Source of the DNA: Candidatus Edwardsbacteria bacterium RifOxyA12_full_54_48
GTDB lineage: Bacteria; Edwardsbacteria; AC1; EtOH8
NCBI GenBank assembly: GCA_001777915.1
Contig: MFFN01000004.1
Coordinates: 425,744 to 489,743 of the forward strand
DNA: 64,000 nt
Direction: 5' to 3'
The notes below the pieces were generated by a model that was given only the letters and a program-made list of their open reading frames with translations, was not told the DNA's origin and searched no databases. Of the stretch, positions 48,238-57,844 are shown piece after piece; within the stretch, counting starts at the first letter, position 1; every line of letters starts with the position of its first letter. The translations under genes and the position numbers were made by a program.

Positions 48238-48618
48238 ATGCTTACTCAAGGTATTGATATAATTTTAGAAAACGAAAAGGAAGGTTGGTTTCCACTCGCT
48301 CCCAGCAGCGGCCTTCGTGGAAAAGTTATCCGCACTATACCGGTTGATCCACCACAAGTGCCATTTTACTTGATACAACTTAATTCCCCTCTAGAAATTC
48401 AAGAACCCGCAAAAGACACACCATCTGGTCTTCGCCTTCAACTTTACAGCCATCTTGTTGTGCGCTCACGTTGGGTGGGGATACCGCTTGGCTCAAAACC
48501 GTCGATATCGGCACAGGTATTTCTTGTTCCCATTAATGCAACTTTGCCATCAACACCTTTAGAACTTAAGGATCATAATCCAGATATTTGGGCCTCATGC
48601 TCAATCGCGTCCCAATGA
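48238..48618 (+). CDS. Hypothetical protein, AT-rich
   Basis: 126-aa ORF filling the gap between two M42 genes. Confidence 0.5.
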   Translation: MLTQGIDIILENEKEGWFPLAPSSGLRGKVIRTIPVDPPQVPFYLIQLNSPLEIQEPAKDTPSGLRLQLYSHLVVRSRWVGIPLGSKPSISAQVFLVPINATLPSTPLELKDHNPDIWASCSIASQ

Positions 48619-48668
48619 GAGGAGAGGCTCAAAGAAATCAGAATAATAATTTTAATACGGAACAAAAA

Positions 48669-49709
48669 ATGATAGACCTTAAACTGATAGCAGAGATCAC
48701 CAACGCTTTCGGGGTCAGCGGCTGCGAAGGCGAGATCCGCAACATCGTCCGCCAGCACATCACCAAGAACGTGGATGACATCCGGGTGGACGCCCTGGGA
48801 AACCTGATAGCCTACAAAAAAGCCAAGGGGGCAAAATCAGTCCCAAAGAGAACCAAGGTGATGCTGGCCGCCCACATGGACGAGGTGGGATTGATGGTCA
48901 CATCCATCGATAAATCGGGTTTTCTGCAGTTCGACAAGGTGGGGGGGATTGACAATCGGGTGCTGCTGGCCAAGAAGGTGCTGGTGGGAAAGGACCAGAT
49001 CCCCGGGGTGATCGGCTCCAAGGCTATCCATCTCATTGCTCGTAAAGGAGAACTTAAAAAAGTTTCTCCTTACAGCGATCTCTCCATAGACATCGGGGCC
49101 AGCAGCCAAGAGGACGCCCAGAAGTTCGTCTCCCCGGGCGATTATGTGATGTTCAACACCAGGTTCGAGGACTGGGGAAGGACCCTCAAGGCCAAGGCCT
49201 TTGACGATCGGATCGGCTGTTACCTGATAATCGAACTGCTGAAAGGTAAATACCCCTTTGACATCTACGCCGCCTTTACCACCCAGGAGGAGGTCGGCTT
49301 GCGGGGCGGCCGGGTGGCGGCCTATAAGGACGAGCCGGACATGGCCTTCATCCTGGAGGGCACCGGGGCCGGGGACATGCCCCAGCCCAAGGAGCGGGAC
49401 GAAAGCCTGGTGCCGGGACTGGGCCTGGGGCCGGTGATCACAATCATGGACCGCTCGGTGTTCTGCGACCAGGGCTTGGTGAAACTGCTGACCGACACCG
49501 CCCGGGCCAATCGGATCCCCCATCAGATCAAACGGCCCGGAATAGGCGGCACCGATGCCGGACGGATCCACCTGAGCAAGGGCGGCGTCCCCTCGGTGGT
49601 GCTGGCCATCCCCTCGCGCTACATCCACTCGCCGGTGTGCCTGTCCAGCAAAAAGGACATCCAGAACGCCCTGCGGCTGATGCAGCTGGCCCTGAAGAGG
49701 GTCAAATAA
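48669..49709 (+). CDS. M42 family aminopeptidase
   Basis: AHMDEVG, KAFDDRIG, QEEVGLRG, GGTDAG, RYIHSP. Confidence 0.93.
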   Translation: MIDLKLIAEITNAFGVSGCEGEIRNIVRQHITKNVDDIRVDALGNLIAYKKAKGAKSVPKRTKVMLAAHMDEVGLMVTSIDKSGFLQFDKVGGIDNRVLLAKKVLVGKDQIPGVIGSKAIHLIARKGELKKVSPYSDLSIDIGASSQEDAQKFVSPGDYVMFNTRFEDWGRTLKAKAFDDRIGCYLIIELLKGKYPFDIYAAFTTQEEVGLRGGRVAAYKDEPDMAFILEGTGAGDMPQPKERDESLVPGLGLGPVITIMDRSVFCDQGLVKLLTDTARANRIPHQIKRPGIGGTDAGRIHLSKGGVPSVVLAIPSRYIHSPVCLSSKKDIQNALRLMQLALKRVK

Positions 49710-49767
49710 AAAAAGAGAGCCGGGGGCTCCCATTAAAGATCGTCGTTTATTGAATATCGGCGGCTGT

Positions 49768-50124
49768 TCATACCGCCGCAGCTATCTGCTCCAGAAGTTT
49801 TAGGGTGTCGAAAGGCTTGGAGACCACGTCTATCACGTTGAACTTTCCGGCCCGGGCCCGCAGCTCGGGGCTGCCGAAGGCGGTGATGATGATCACCGGA
49901 AGCTCCGGCCAGCGGTGACGGACCTCGCACAGCACCTCGATGCCGTCCATGCCGGGCAGCATGTAGTCCAGCAGCAGCAGGTCGGCCGCTTTTTTGCCCA
50001 TCTGCTCCAAGCCGCCCGGGCCGTCGTAGGCCACCATGGCCTCGTACCCCTCGGACTCCAGCAGGGTGGTCATCATCTCCCCCACTGCCGGCTCGTCGTC
50101 GATGATCATTATTTTCTTGTTCAT
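49768..50124 (-). CDS. Single-domain response regulator
   Basis: IIDDE, LLDYMLPGMDG, IITA, KPF. Confidence 0.92.
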   Translation of the reverse strand: MNKKIMIIDDEPAVGEMMTTLLESEGYEAMVAYDGPGGLEQMGKKAADLLLLDYMLPGMDGIEVLCEVRHRWPELPVIIITAFGSPELRARAGKFNVIDVVSKPFDTLKLLEQIAAAV

Positions 50125-50378
50125 CCGCTCTCCAGAAATGATACTGTCGGGGCTGCCGCCCCTTAACTGACCAATCAGTATATAACAATTTTTTTTACAA
50201 AGTCAAGCTTTTTCTGATCCGGCCAATACCCGCCGGGAACTTCTGCCGGATGATGTTGCGCCCCAAGCCCAGGATTTTATCATTGACAGAGGGGACAAAA
50301 AGCCATAATATTAACCGTTGCCCCTCGGTTTAACAGCTATTTATAAAAAAAAGACAACCCTTTATAAGGAAATATTTA

Positions 50379-51383
50379 ATGAAAGACATCATCAAAAGAC
50401 TCACCGAGACCTACGGCCCGTCCGGCAGCGAAAGGCAGATCCGGGAGCAGATCAAAAAAGAGATCCGGGGGCTGGCCGACCAGGTCAGCACCGATGTGCT
50501 GGGCAACCTGATAGCGATCAAGAAGGGCAAGGGCTCCCGGGTGATGGTGGCGGCCCATATGGACGAGATCGGGTTCATCGTTACCCATATAGACAAGAAC
50601 GGCTTCCTGCGCTTCTCCAACATCGGCGGGATCTACCCCTATAATATCATCGCCCAGCGGGTGATATTCGAGAACGGCCTTATCGGCACCATCAACGAGG
50701 AGCGTTCGGAGAAACCGGCCGATCCCCGGCGGCTGGACCGGATGTATATCGACATCGGCGTCAAGGATCATAAACAGGCCTCTGCCAGGGTATCGGTGGG
50801 CGACGTGGCCGGGTTTCACCGGAGCTGCGAATTCCTGGGCGACCGGGTCGTCGCCAAATCAATGGATGACCGGATCGGCTGCGCCATCATGATCGAGGCC
50901 ATGAAACAGCTTAAGAAAAGCCCCAACCAGATATATTTCGTTTTCACCACCCAGGAGGAGGTGGGGCTGCGGGGGGCCACCACCGCCGCTTTCGGGGTGG
51001 CCCCGGACCTGGGGATAGCGGTGGATATCACCGGAGCCTTCGATACTCCCGAGGAGAAGCCCAAGCTGCCTTCGGTGCTGGGAAAGGGGACCGCCATCAA
51101 GATCAAGGATGCCGGGATGCTGGCCCATCCGGGGGTGAAAAAACTGCTGGTGGATACCGCCCGGGCCGGCCGGATCCCCTACCAGTTTGACATCCTGGAG
51201 GGCGGGACCACCGACGGATCGGTGATCAACAAGACCAAGTCCGGCATTCCCACCGGGGTGCTGTCAGTACCCACCAGGTATGCCCACTCGGCCTCGGAGA
51301 TGGTGGATATGATTGACGTTAAAGCCACGGTGGACCTGCTGGTCAAAGTGCTCTCATCGAACCTCAGGGCCAAGGGATTCTAA
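50379..51383 (+). CDS. M42 family aminopeptidase
   Basis: AHMDEIG, KSMDDRIG, QEEVGLRG, GGTTD, RYAHSASE. Confidence 0.93.
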   Translation: MKDIIKRLTETYGPSGSERQIREQIKKEIRGLADQVSTDVLGNLIAIKKGKGSRVMVAAHMDEIGFIVTHIDKNGFLRFSNIGGIYPYNIIAQRVIFENGLIGTINEERSEKPADPRRLDRMYIDIGVKDHKQASARVSVGDVAGFHRSCEFLGDRVVAKSMDDRIGCAIMIEAMKQLKKSPNQIYFVFTTQEEVGLRGATTAAFGVAPDLGIAVDITGAFDTPEEKPKLPSVLGKGTAIKIKDAGMLAHPGVKKLLVDTARAGRIPYQFDILEGGTTDGSVINKTKSGIPTGVLSVPTRYAHSASEMVDMIDVKATVDLLVKVLSSNLRAKGF

Positions 51384-51422
51384 TCCCAAATTTTTTAATT
51401 CCAAGGTTGATATTGTATAAAA

Positions 51423-52214
51423 ATGAAGAAACGGGAACGGTACATATCGTTGATCATTGCGCCGCATCATAAGGCCCAGCCCTGGCAGATGGATATCTCT
51501 TACACTAATCTGAAGCGCATCGCTGTTCTGCTGTCGGTGTTGTTGCTGGTGGCGGTATTTTTCGTCTTCAATTACGGCCATATTTTCTGGCGAGCCAGCC
51601 AGTACGAGATCATGAAAAAAAGGACCCGGGAGGTGGAGGAAAAATTCAGCGAGATCCAGGCCCTGAAAAGTGAGCTCTCCTCCCTAAAAAGGACCGAAGC
51701 AAAGTTACAGCACATGCTGGGCATCTCCCAGCAGCCGGTCCTGCTTTCCCTGGACGACATTACCCGGAATACCTCTTTAAATGCCTCGGTTTCCGGAGAC
51801 CCGGCTCTTTTGAGCAACTCCGAAGATACGTTATCGGTGAGCCTCGAACGTTCGACCCCCAGCATCATGCCGGTCAAGGGATGGGTCTCTGCAAAAATGG
51901 GAGACCATCATAACGGGGTTGATATCGCCGCCCGGGAGGGCGCTCCGGTGGTGTCGGCGGCCGACGGCATAGTCACCTTTGCCGGGTGGGATAATTATTT
52001 CGGAAACAAGGTGGAGGTATCCCACGGCCAGAAATTCAGCACCATGTACGGACACAACGCCAAACTTTTCGTCAAAGAAAAACAGGCCGTCAAGCAGGGG
52101 CAGGTGATCGCGCTGGTGGGCTCCACCGGACAAAGCTCCGGCCCCCACCTGCATTACGAGGTCCGGATCAACGGCAAACCGGTCGACCCATCCTATCACT
52201 GGATAAATCATTGA
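51423..52214 (+). CDS. M23 family metallopeptidase with N-terminal TM and coiled coil
   Basis: HNGVDIA, YGHN, GSTGQSSGPHLHYEV. Confidence 0.93.
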   Translation: MKKRERYISLIIAPHHKAQPWQMDISYTNLKRIAVLLSVLLLVAVFFVFNYGHIFWRASQYEIMKKRTREVEEKFSEIQALKSELSSLKRTEAKLQHMLGISQQPVLLSLDDITRNTSLNASVSGDPALLSNSEDTLSVSLERSTPSIMPVKGWVSAKMGDHHNGVDIAAREGAPVVSAADGIVTFAGWDNYFGNKVEVSHGQKFSTMYGHNAKLFVKEKQAVKQGQVIALVGSTGQSSGPHLHYEVRINGKPVDPSYHWINH

Positions 52215-52234
52215 CCGAAACTATAAAATTTCTC

Positions 52235-52263
52235 TTGACAATTTGGGACTAACCTGATATATT
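52235..52263 (+). promoter_or_regulatory. Sigma70 promoter upstream of the DnaA-box cluster
   Basis: TTGACA-17-TATATT with extended -10 TG. Confidence 0.7.
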
Positions 52264-52298
52264 TACCAAGCTGACAAATAAATACGTATCCCCTTTAT

Positions 52299-52338
52299 GA
52301 AATCGCGGACTTTATTTCCGTGGTTTCTTTTTGTTTTT
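52299..52338 (+). terminator. Intrinsic terminator
   Basis: GAAATCGCGGA-N7-TCCGTGGTTTC (two G-U pairs) followed by TTTTTGTTTTT. Confidence 0.75.
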
Positions 52339-52348
52339 ATAGCCATCC

Positions 52349-52614
52349 TGTGGAAAACCTTGTGGATAACTTACCCCCAACGGTGTTTCGTATTAAGTCC
52401 TTGTTAAATCAAAAATTAGCCACAATTCTGGTTGTGTGGATAAACAATAAATAATCATTTAGATATTTATGTTAATTGTTCTATTGCAATGCATTATGCT
52501 GATTGACCACCTGTGGATAAATATGTTAAGAACCCGTAAATAGCGTTACCAGTAGTATATTAACTAGCAACCCTCAACAACCATTAAAAACACTGACTTT
52601 CTGATTGTGGATAT
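52349..52614. promoter_or_regulatory. DnaA-box cluster (oriC element and/or dnaA autoregulation)
   Basis: Perfect TGTGGATAA at 52361, 52435 and 52512; one-mismatch boxes at 52349, 52416 and 52606; AT-rich. Confidence 0.88.
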
Positions 52615-52617
52615 CCT

Positions 52618-53958
52618 ATGAATCAACAAATACAAGCGCTGTGGGCCCAGTCCCAGGACAGGATCAAGGAACGGATAGGTTCCCAGAGTTTTGACACCTG
52701 GATAAAGCCGCTGACAGCCATGACGGTGGGCGATGACAGCCTGACCCTAAAGGTTCCCAACCACTTTTTTGTGGAATGGCTGGGGCAGCACTACCTTAAT
52801 ATGATGAAAGAGGTGGTTTCGGATATCTTTCATAAGCCCCTCTCCATAGTCCTGGTCCCTCCGGTGGGGGAAACTCAGGCCGCCGCCCGCCAGAAACCGG
52901 ATAGAACCGAATTTGTCCCGGCCCATCCGACCAGCGATAGCGGCCTCCGGGAGAGATATATCTTCGACACCTTCGTCATAGGAAAAAGCAACGAGTTCGC
53001 CTACGCCACCGCTTTCGCCACCGCCCAGGATCCCGGAAAACTGTACAACCCGCTGTTCATCTATGGCGGGGTGGGGCTGGGAAAGACCCATCTGATGCAG
53101 GCTATCGGCCATTTTACCAAGAGCAAGAGACCAAAGGCCCGGGTGCTGTACATACCGGCCGAGAATCTGATGAACGAGCTGGTCTATGCCATTCAGAACC
53201 GCAAGATGCTGGAGTTCAAAAATCGTTATCGTTCGCTGGATATCCTACTGCTGGACGATGTCCAATTCCTGTCAGAAAAATCCGGCCTGCAGGAGGAGAT
53301 CTTTCATACTTTCAATTCGCTGTACGACGCCCGCAAACAGATCGTCCTGACCTCCGATCGGCCGCCCAAGGATATATCCCACCTGGAGGAGCGCCTGGTA
53401 TCACGCTTTCAAAGCGGACTGGTGGCCGATATTCAGGCTCCGGACCTGGAGACCAGGGCGGCTATCTTAAAGAAAAAAGCCGAGTTGGACGGCCTCTCCA
53501 TTCCCAACGACGTCATCTATTTCATTGCCTCCTCGGTCAAATCAAACATCCGTGAGCTGGAGGGTTCATTGATAAGGGTAGTGGCCTTTTCCTCGGTGTC
53601 GGACCAGGAGCTGACGGTGGATTTCGCCCGCGAGGTCCTTAAGAACATCATCTCCCAGAAATCACGGCTGATATCCATCGAACTTATTCAGAAAATAGTG
53701 GCTAACTACTATTCCATACCCGAAGAGGCCCTCAAATCAAAAAGGAGGATCAAAAAACTGGTGCTGCCCAGGCAGCTGGCCATGTATCTGAGCCGGGAAC
53801 TGACCGCCGCCTCCCTCAACGACATCGGCAACCGCTTCGGCGGAAAGGACCACACCACGGTGCTGCATGCCATATCAAAGATAAAGAAAATGATAGCCTC
53901 GGACGATGAGATAACCTCTCAGGCCGATAGGATAACTGAGTTGATCAATGGTGGATAG
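52618..53958 (+). CDS. dnaA: Chromosomal replication initiator DnaA
   Basis: YNPLFIYGGVGLGKTHL, LLDDVQFL, SNIRELEG, GGKDHTTVLHA. Confidence 0.98.
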   Translation: MNQQIQALWAQSQDRIKERIGSQSFDTWIKPLTAMTVGDDSLTLKVPNHFFVEWLGQHYLNMMKEVVSDIFHKPLSIVLVPPVGETQAAARQKPDRTEFVPAHPTSDSGLRERYIFDTFVIGKSNEFAYATAFATAQDPGKLYNPLFIYGGVGLGKTHLMQAIGHFTKSKRPKARVLYIPAENLMNELVYAIQNRKMLEFKNRYRSLDILLLDDVQFLSEKSGLQEEIFHTFNSLYDARKQIVLTSDRPPKDISHLEERLVSRFQSGLVADIQAPDLETRAAILKKKAELDGLSIPNDVIYFIASSVKSNIRELEGSLIRVVAFSSVSDQELTVDFAREVLKNIISQKSRLISIELIQKIVANYYSIPEEALKSKRRIKKLVLPRQLAMYLSRELTAASLNDIGNRFGGKDHTTVLHAISKIKKMIASDDEITSQADRITELINGG

Positions 53959-54202
53959 AACCTTGATCTCTGCATTTAGCCCCTGCTTAATGTTGATCAC
54001 TGTTGACAACAGCGGCGGATATCAACAGCCGATCAAAAACATATCCCCATGATATACATTCTTTATTATTTTAAACAGCATGGCTTTATGCCAATCCCAC
54101 AACAATATCAAGAAATACTATTGACTTTTATTATAATTTAGATATATCATATATTAGTTATTAAGTATAAATTTAAAACCAGAAATTTGGAGCCGGGATC
54201 AA
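53959..54202. other. Probable second oriC element with AT-rich unwinding region
   Basis: Degenerate boxes (TGTTGATCA 53991, TGTTGACAA 54001, ATATCAACA 54019), then a very AT-rich stretch 54100-54180. Confidence 0.55.
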
Positions 54203-55312
54203 ATGAAATTTTCCGTTAACCAGGAGAAACTTTTCACCTGCCTGCAGAGCCTGATCGGGGTGGTGCCAACCAAGAGCACTTTTCCGGTCCTTACCAATAT
54301 CCTGATAGAGGCCAATAATAATAAGCTGAAATTATCTGCCACCGATCTCGAGATAGCGGCCGTAACCCAGATTGATGCCCAGACCGCTGGTAATGGTTCC
54401 ATCACCGTGCCGGCCAAACAGTTCTTCGAGATAATAAAGCAACTGCCGCCATTGAATATAGATCTGGATGTCAACGGCAATAAAGTGTCCATTAAATGTG
54501 ACCGCAGCCGATTCAATATCATTGGTCTCCCCAAGGAGGACTTTCCCAAGATACCGGAGATCAGCAAGGAGAAGAGCGTCAAACTCAGCAGCGGTATTCT
54601 GCAGAACATCATCAAAAAGACCTTGTTTGCTGTATCCACCGACAGCTCCCGTCCGGACCTGTGCGGGGTTTTCCTTCAGATGAGCGGCGATAAGCTGAAA
54701 GTGGTCACTACCGACGCCCACCGGTTGGCCATGCTGGAGACCATGATCCCGCCCATCTCACAGAACAGCGAACTGCTGCTGTCACCCAAAGGTTTGAACA
54801 TTGTCAACCGGATGCTTCCAGGCTCGGATACCGAGATCACGTTGCGGTTCGACGACAGCTATTCCCAGTTTAGTTTTGATGACACCCAGGTCTATGCCCG
54901 GCACATCGAGGGACCCTACCGTGATTACGAGAAGGCCATTCCCAAGAACAATAAAAAGACCCTGACCGTCAACGTGGACCTGCTGACCGCGGCGGTGCGC
55001 CGAGTGGCCATACTGTCCGACACCTTCACCCACCAGATCAGGCTTTCATTAAAGGCCGACAGCATCGAGCTCTCCAGCCAGACGGTGGATATCGGAGAGG
55101 CCCGGGAGACCATTGCCGCAGTATTCAAGGGTGAGGAGATGGAGATAGGATACAACGCCAGCTATCTGCTGGACATCATCAAGAACGTGGACTCCGAGGA
55201 GATGGTCTGCTCCCTGAATACCTCGTTGTCGGCCGCCCTGATCAATCCGGCCAAGCAGGCCGAGGACTACAACCTGATGTATCTATTGATGCCCATCCGC
55301 CTTCCGGAATAG
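54203..55312 (+). CDS. dnaN: DNA polymerase III beta sliding clamp
   Basis: LSATDLEI, TTDAHRLA, IGYNASYLLD, YLLMPIR. Confidence 0.97.
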   Translation: MKFSVNQEKLFTCLQSLIGVVPTKSTFPVLTNILIEANNNKLKLSATDLEIAAVTQIDAQTAGNGSITVPAKQFFEIIKQLPPLNIDLDVNGNKVSIKCDRSRFNIIGLPKEDFPKIPEISKEKSVKLSSGILQNIIKKTLFAVSTDSSRPDLCGVFLQMSGDKLKVVTTDAHRLAMLETMIPPISQNSELLLSPKGLNIVNRMLPGSDTEITLRFDDSYSQFSFDDTQVYARHIEGPYRDYEKAIPKNNKKTLTVNVDLLTAAVRRVAILSDTFTHQIRLSLKADSIELSSQTVDIGEARETIAAVFKGEEMEIGYNASYLLDIIKNVDSEEMVCSLNTSLSAALINPAKQAEDYNLMYLLMPIRLPE

Positions 55313-55464
55313 AGGAAAAAGCACCCCAAAAAGGAAGTAAGCATTCTGGCCGGTCTGCACCGGGATTATGACCGATATCAAGCACGGCATAGGGCAGCCG
55401 GGCCGGAAGCCGGACAAGTTGCTTCCTTTTTTCAATCCTAAAAAAAATCAATGACAGGTGAAAA

Positions 55465-57723
55465 TTGGCCGCTGAGCAGAATATCAAACCACAGGAGACC
55501 AGCCTCTACGAGGTGGTGGATCTGCTGTGGAGACGAAAGACCCTGATCCTGGTCTGCCTGGCCGGGATATTGCTGCCCATCATCATCGCCAATTTCACCC
55601 TGCCGCCGGTCTATGAGAGCCAGACCACCATCATCTTCGAGCAAAGCCGGGAGCCTATCGCCGCCTTCGACGTCTCCGACGCTTTCAGCCGTAAGAGCTA
55701 CATCGTCAATCAGATCGAGGAGATCAAGGCTCGGACCCTGGCCGAGGAGGTGGCTCATAAACTGGCTCCCGAGACCGCCGCCGAGATACTCAAAGACCAG
55801 GGCCGGGGCCTGTCCCAGGAGGGGAGACGCCAACTGCTGTCCCAGCGTATAAAGAAAGGCATCTCGGCCGAGCCCATCAGGGACTCCGATGTGATCCTGA
55901 TAAAATTCCAGGGGCCCACTCCGGCCAGCGCCGCCCGGACGGTCAATCTGGTGGCCGAGACGGTCAAGGAGCGCAGCTCCCAGGTCAAGAGGGAGCAGGC
56001 CTCCTCCACCAGAAAATTCATCGAGGTCCAGCTGCCGGCGGTGGAGGCCGGGCTCTACAAGGCCGAGGACGCCATCAAGGGCTTCAAGGCCCGCAACCAG
56101 GTGGTATCGCTGTCCGACGAGGCCCGGGAGGTGCTGGCCCGGATGACCGAGATTGACAAGATGTACGCCGGCACCGTCACCCAGAAGATGGCCCTGGAGA
56201 AGAAACTGGAGGCCATCTACACCAAACTGGAATACAAGCCTGATTTCTCCGAGGGCAGCAGCAAAATGACCTCCGGCGCGGTGGCCGATTCGCTGCGAAA
56301 GAGCCTGTTGGATCTGCAGATCGAGGCCACCCAGCTTTCCATCAAGGGCTACCATCCGGAACACCCCCAGATATACAAACTGAACCGGCAGATCGAGGCC
56401 ACCAAGAACAAGCTGGTGGAGGAGCTGGCCAACATCAGCCGGGGGGGCCAGGCCAAGCCCATGCCGGAGATGTCCGACTTGCTGGCCCAGATACCGCCCC
56501 TCCAAATAGAACTGATCTCCCTGGAGGCCCGGGAGCTGGCCATCCGGGATTTCAACACCGGCTACGAAAGCGATCTCTCCAAGCTGCCCTACAAGGAGCT
56601 GGAGCTGACCCGCCTGCTGCGGGCCAAGGATGTCAACGAGAACATCTATAAGATGCTGCTGGAGAAGTACGAGGAGGCCAAGATCACCGAGGCCGGAAAG
56701 ATCGGCAACGTCCGGGTGATCGACCCGGCCAAGGAGCCGCTTTCGCCCATCAAGCCCCGCAAGGCACTGAATCTCCTGATCGGGCTGGTGGTGGGGCTGG
56801 TGCTGGGGGTGGGCCTGTCATTCTTCCTGGACTCCATGGACAATTCGGTCAAGACCGCCGAGGAGATCGAGACCAATTTCGGGATACCGGTGCTGGGGCT
56901 GATTCCCAGTATCCAGTCCGAGGGCCCCCGCAAGAAGAAGCGCAACGGCCGGGACGAGATCTCCAAGATCGCCTCCACCCTGGTGACCAAATACACCCCC
57001 CGCTCGCCCATCTCCGAGGCCTACCGGGCCATTCGGACCAACATCCAATTCTCCAAGATCGACGCTCCGCTGCGCTCCATAGTGGTGACCTCGGCCGCGC
57101 CCTCGGAGGGCAAGTCCACCACCGTGGCCAACCTGGCCTTCACCACCGCCCTGGCCGGGGCCAAGACCCTGCTGATAGACGCCGACCTGCGGCGCCCGGT
57201 GGTCCACTCGCTGTTCGGGCTGGAGCGGGAGCCGGGCATGACCAACATCCTGGCCGAGCGGCTGGCCCCGGAGAAGGTGATCAAGCCCTCCGGGGTGGAG
57301 AACCTGGACATTCTGACCTGCGGGGCCATCCCCCCCAACCCCTCGGAGCTTTTGGGCTCCCAGAGGATGAAGGAGCTGGTCCAGCAGTTGAAGGCCAAGT
57401 ACGACCTGGTGCTGTTCGACAGCCCGCCGGTGATCACCGTCACCGACACCGCTGTGCTGTCCAACCAGGTGGAGGGGGTGGTGCTGGTGGTGCTCTCCCA
57501 CGGCACCGATCGCCGGGCCCTGGCCAGGGCCAAGAGCCTGCTGAGCAACGTCAACGCCAATATCCTGGGATCGATCCTCAATAAGATCGACCTGACCGGG
57601 ATCGGCTCCAGCTACGATTACTACTATCACTACCATTATTACTACTACAGCGATGATGGCCAGAACGTCAAGCGCAAGGGAAGATTCTGGGACATCCTGC
57701 GTCCCGGGGGCCGGCGGGGATAG
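55465..57723 (+). CDS. Wzc-type polysaccharide co-polymerase / BY tyrosine autokinase
   Basis: Two TM helices, coiled coil, EAYRAIRTNI, PSEGKST, IDADLRRP, FDSPP, tyrosine cluster YDYYYHYHYYYY. Confidence 0.93.
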   Translation: MAAEQNIKPQETSLYEVVDLLWRRKTLILVCLAGILLPIIIANFTLPPVYESQTTIIFEQSREPIAAFDVSDAFSRKSYIVNQIEEIKARTLAEEVAHKLAPETAAEILKDQGRGLSQEGRRQLLSQRIKKGISAEPIRDSDVILIKFQGPTPASAARTVNLVAETVKERSSQVKREQASSTRKFIEVQLPAVEAGLYKAEDAIKGFKARNQVVSLSDEAREVLARMTEIDKMYAGTVTQKMALEKKLEAIYTKLEYKPDFSEGSSKMTSGAVADSLRKSLLDLQIEATQLSIKGYHPEHPQIYKLNRQIEATKNKLVEELANISRGGQAKPMPEMSDLLAQIPPLQIELISLEARELAIRDFNTGYESDLSKLPYKELELTRLLRAKDVNENIYKMLLEKYEEAKITEAGKIGNVRVIDPAKEPLSPIKPRKALNLLIGLVVGLVLGVGLSFFLDSMDNSVKTAEEIETNFGIPVLGLIPSIQSEGPRKKKRNGRDEISKIASTLVTKYTPRSPISEAYRAIRTNIQFSKIDAPLRSIVVTSAAPSEGKSTTVANLAFTTALAGAKTLLIDADLRRPVVHSLFGLEREPGMTNILAERLAPEKVIKPSGVENLDILTCGAIPPNPSELLGSQRMKELVQQLKAKYDLVLFDSPPVITVTDTAVLSNQVEGVVLVVLSHGTDRRALARAKSLLSNVNANILGSILNKIDLTGIGSSYDYYYHYHYYYYSDDGQNVKRKGRFWDILRPGGRRG

Positions 57724-57736
57724 AGGTGCTTGGGCG

Positions 57737-57775
57737 GACCACACCCCACCCTCCCCTAAAGCATTAGGAGAGGGA
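57737..57775 (+). repeat. Solo C-rich hairpin repeat related to the DUF559-flanking repeats
   Basis: GACCACACCCCACCCTCCCCTAAAGCATTAGGAGAGGGA, same architecture as 63726-63761. Confidence 0.55.
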
Positions 57776-57844
57776 ATAATTTAGCCTTGCGGCTCTGCGG
57801 TAAAAACTTTTCAACAATCATTCAATAACATAATATAGCCAGAA

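Noticed and set aside
50318..50644. 108-aa alternative-frame ORF overlapping the third M42 gene
   Set aside because: Out-of-frame overlap with no RBS or motif support.
57613..57648. TAC/TAT-rich microsatellite-like run
   Set aside because: It encodes the expected BY-kinase tyrosine cluster using mixed codons.
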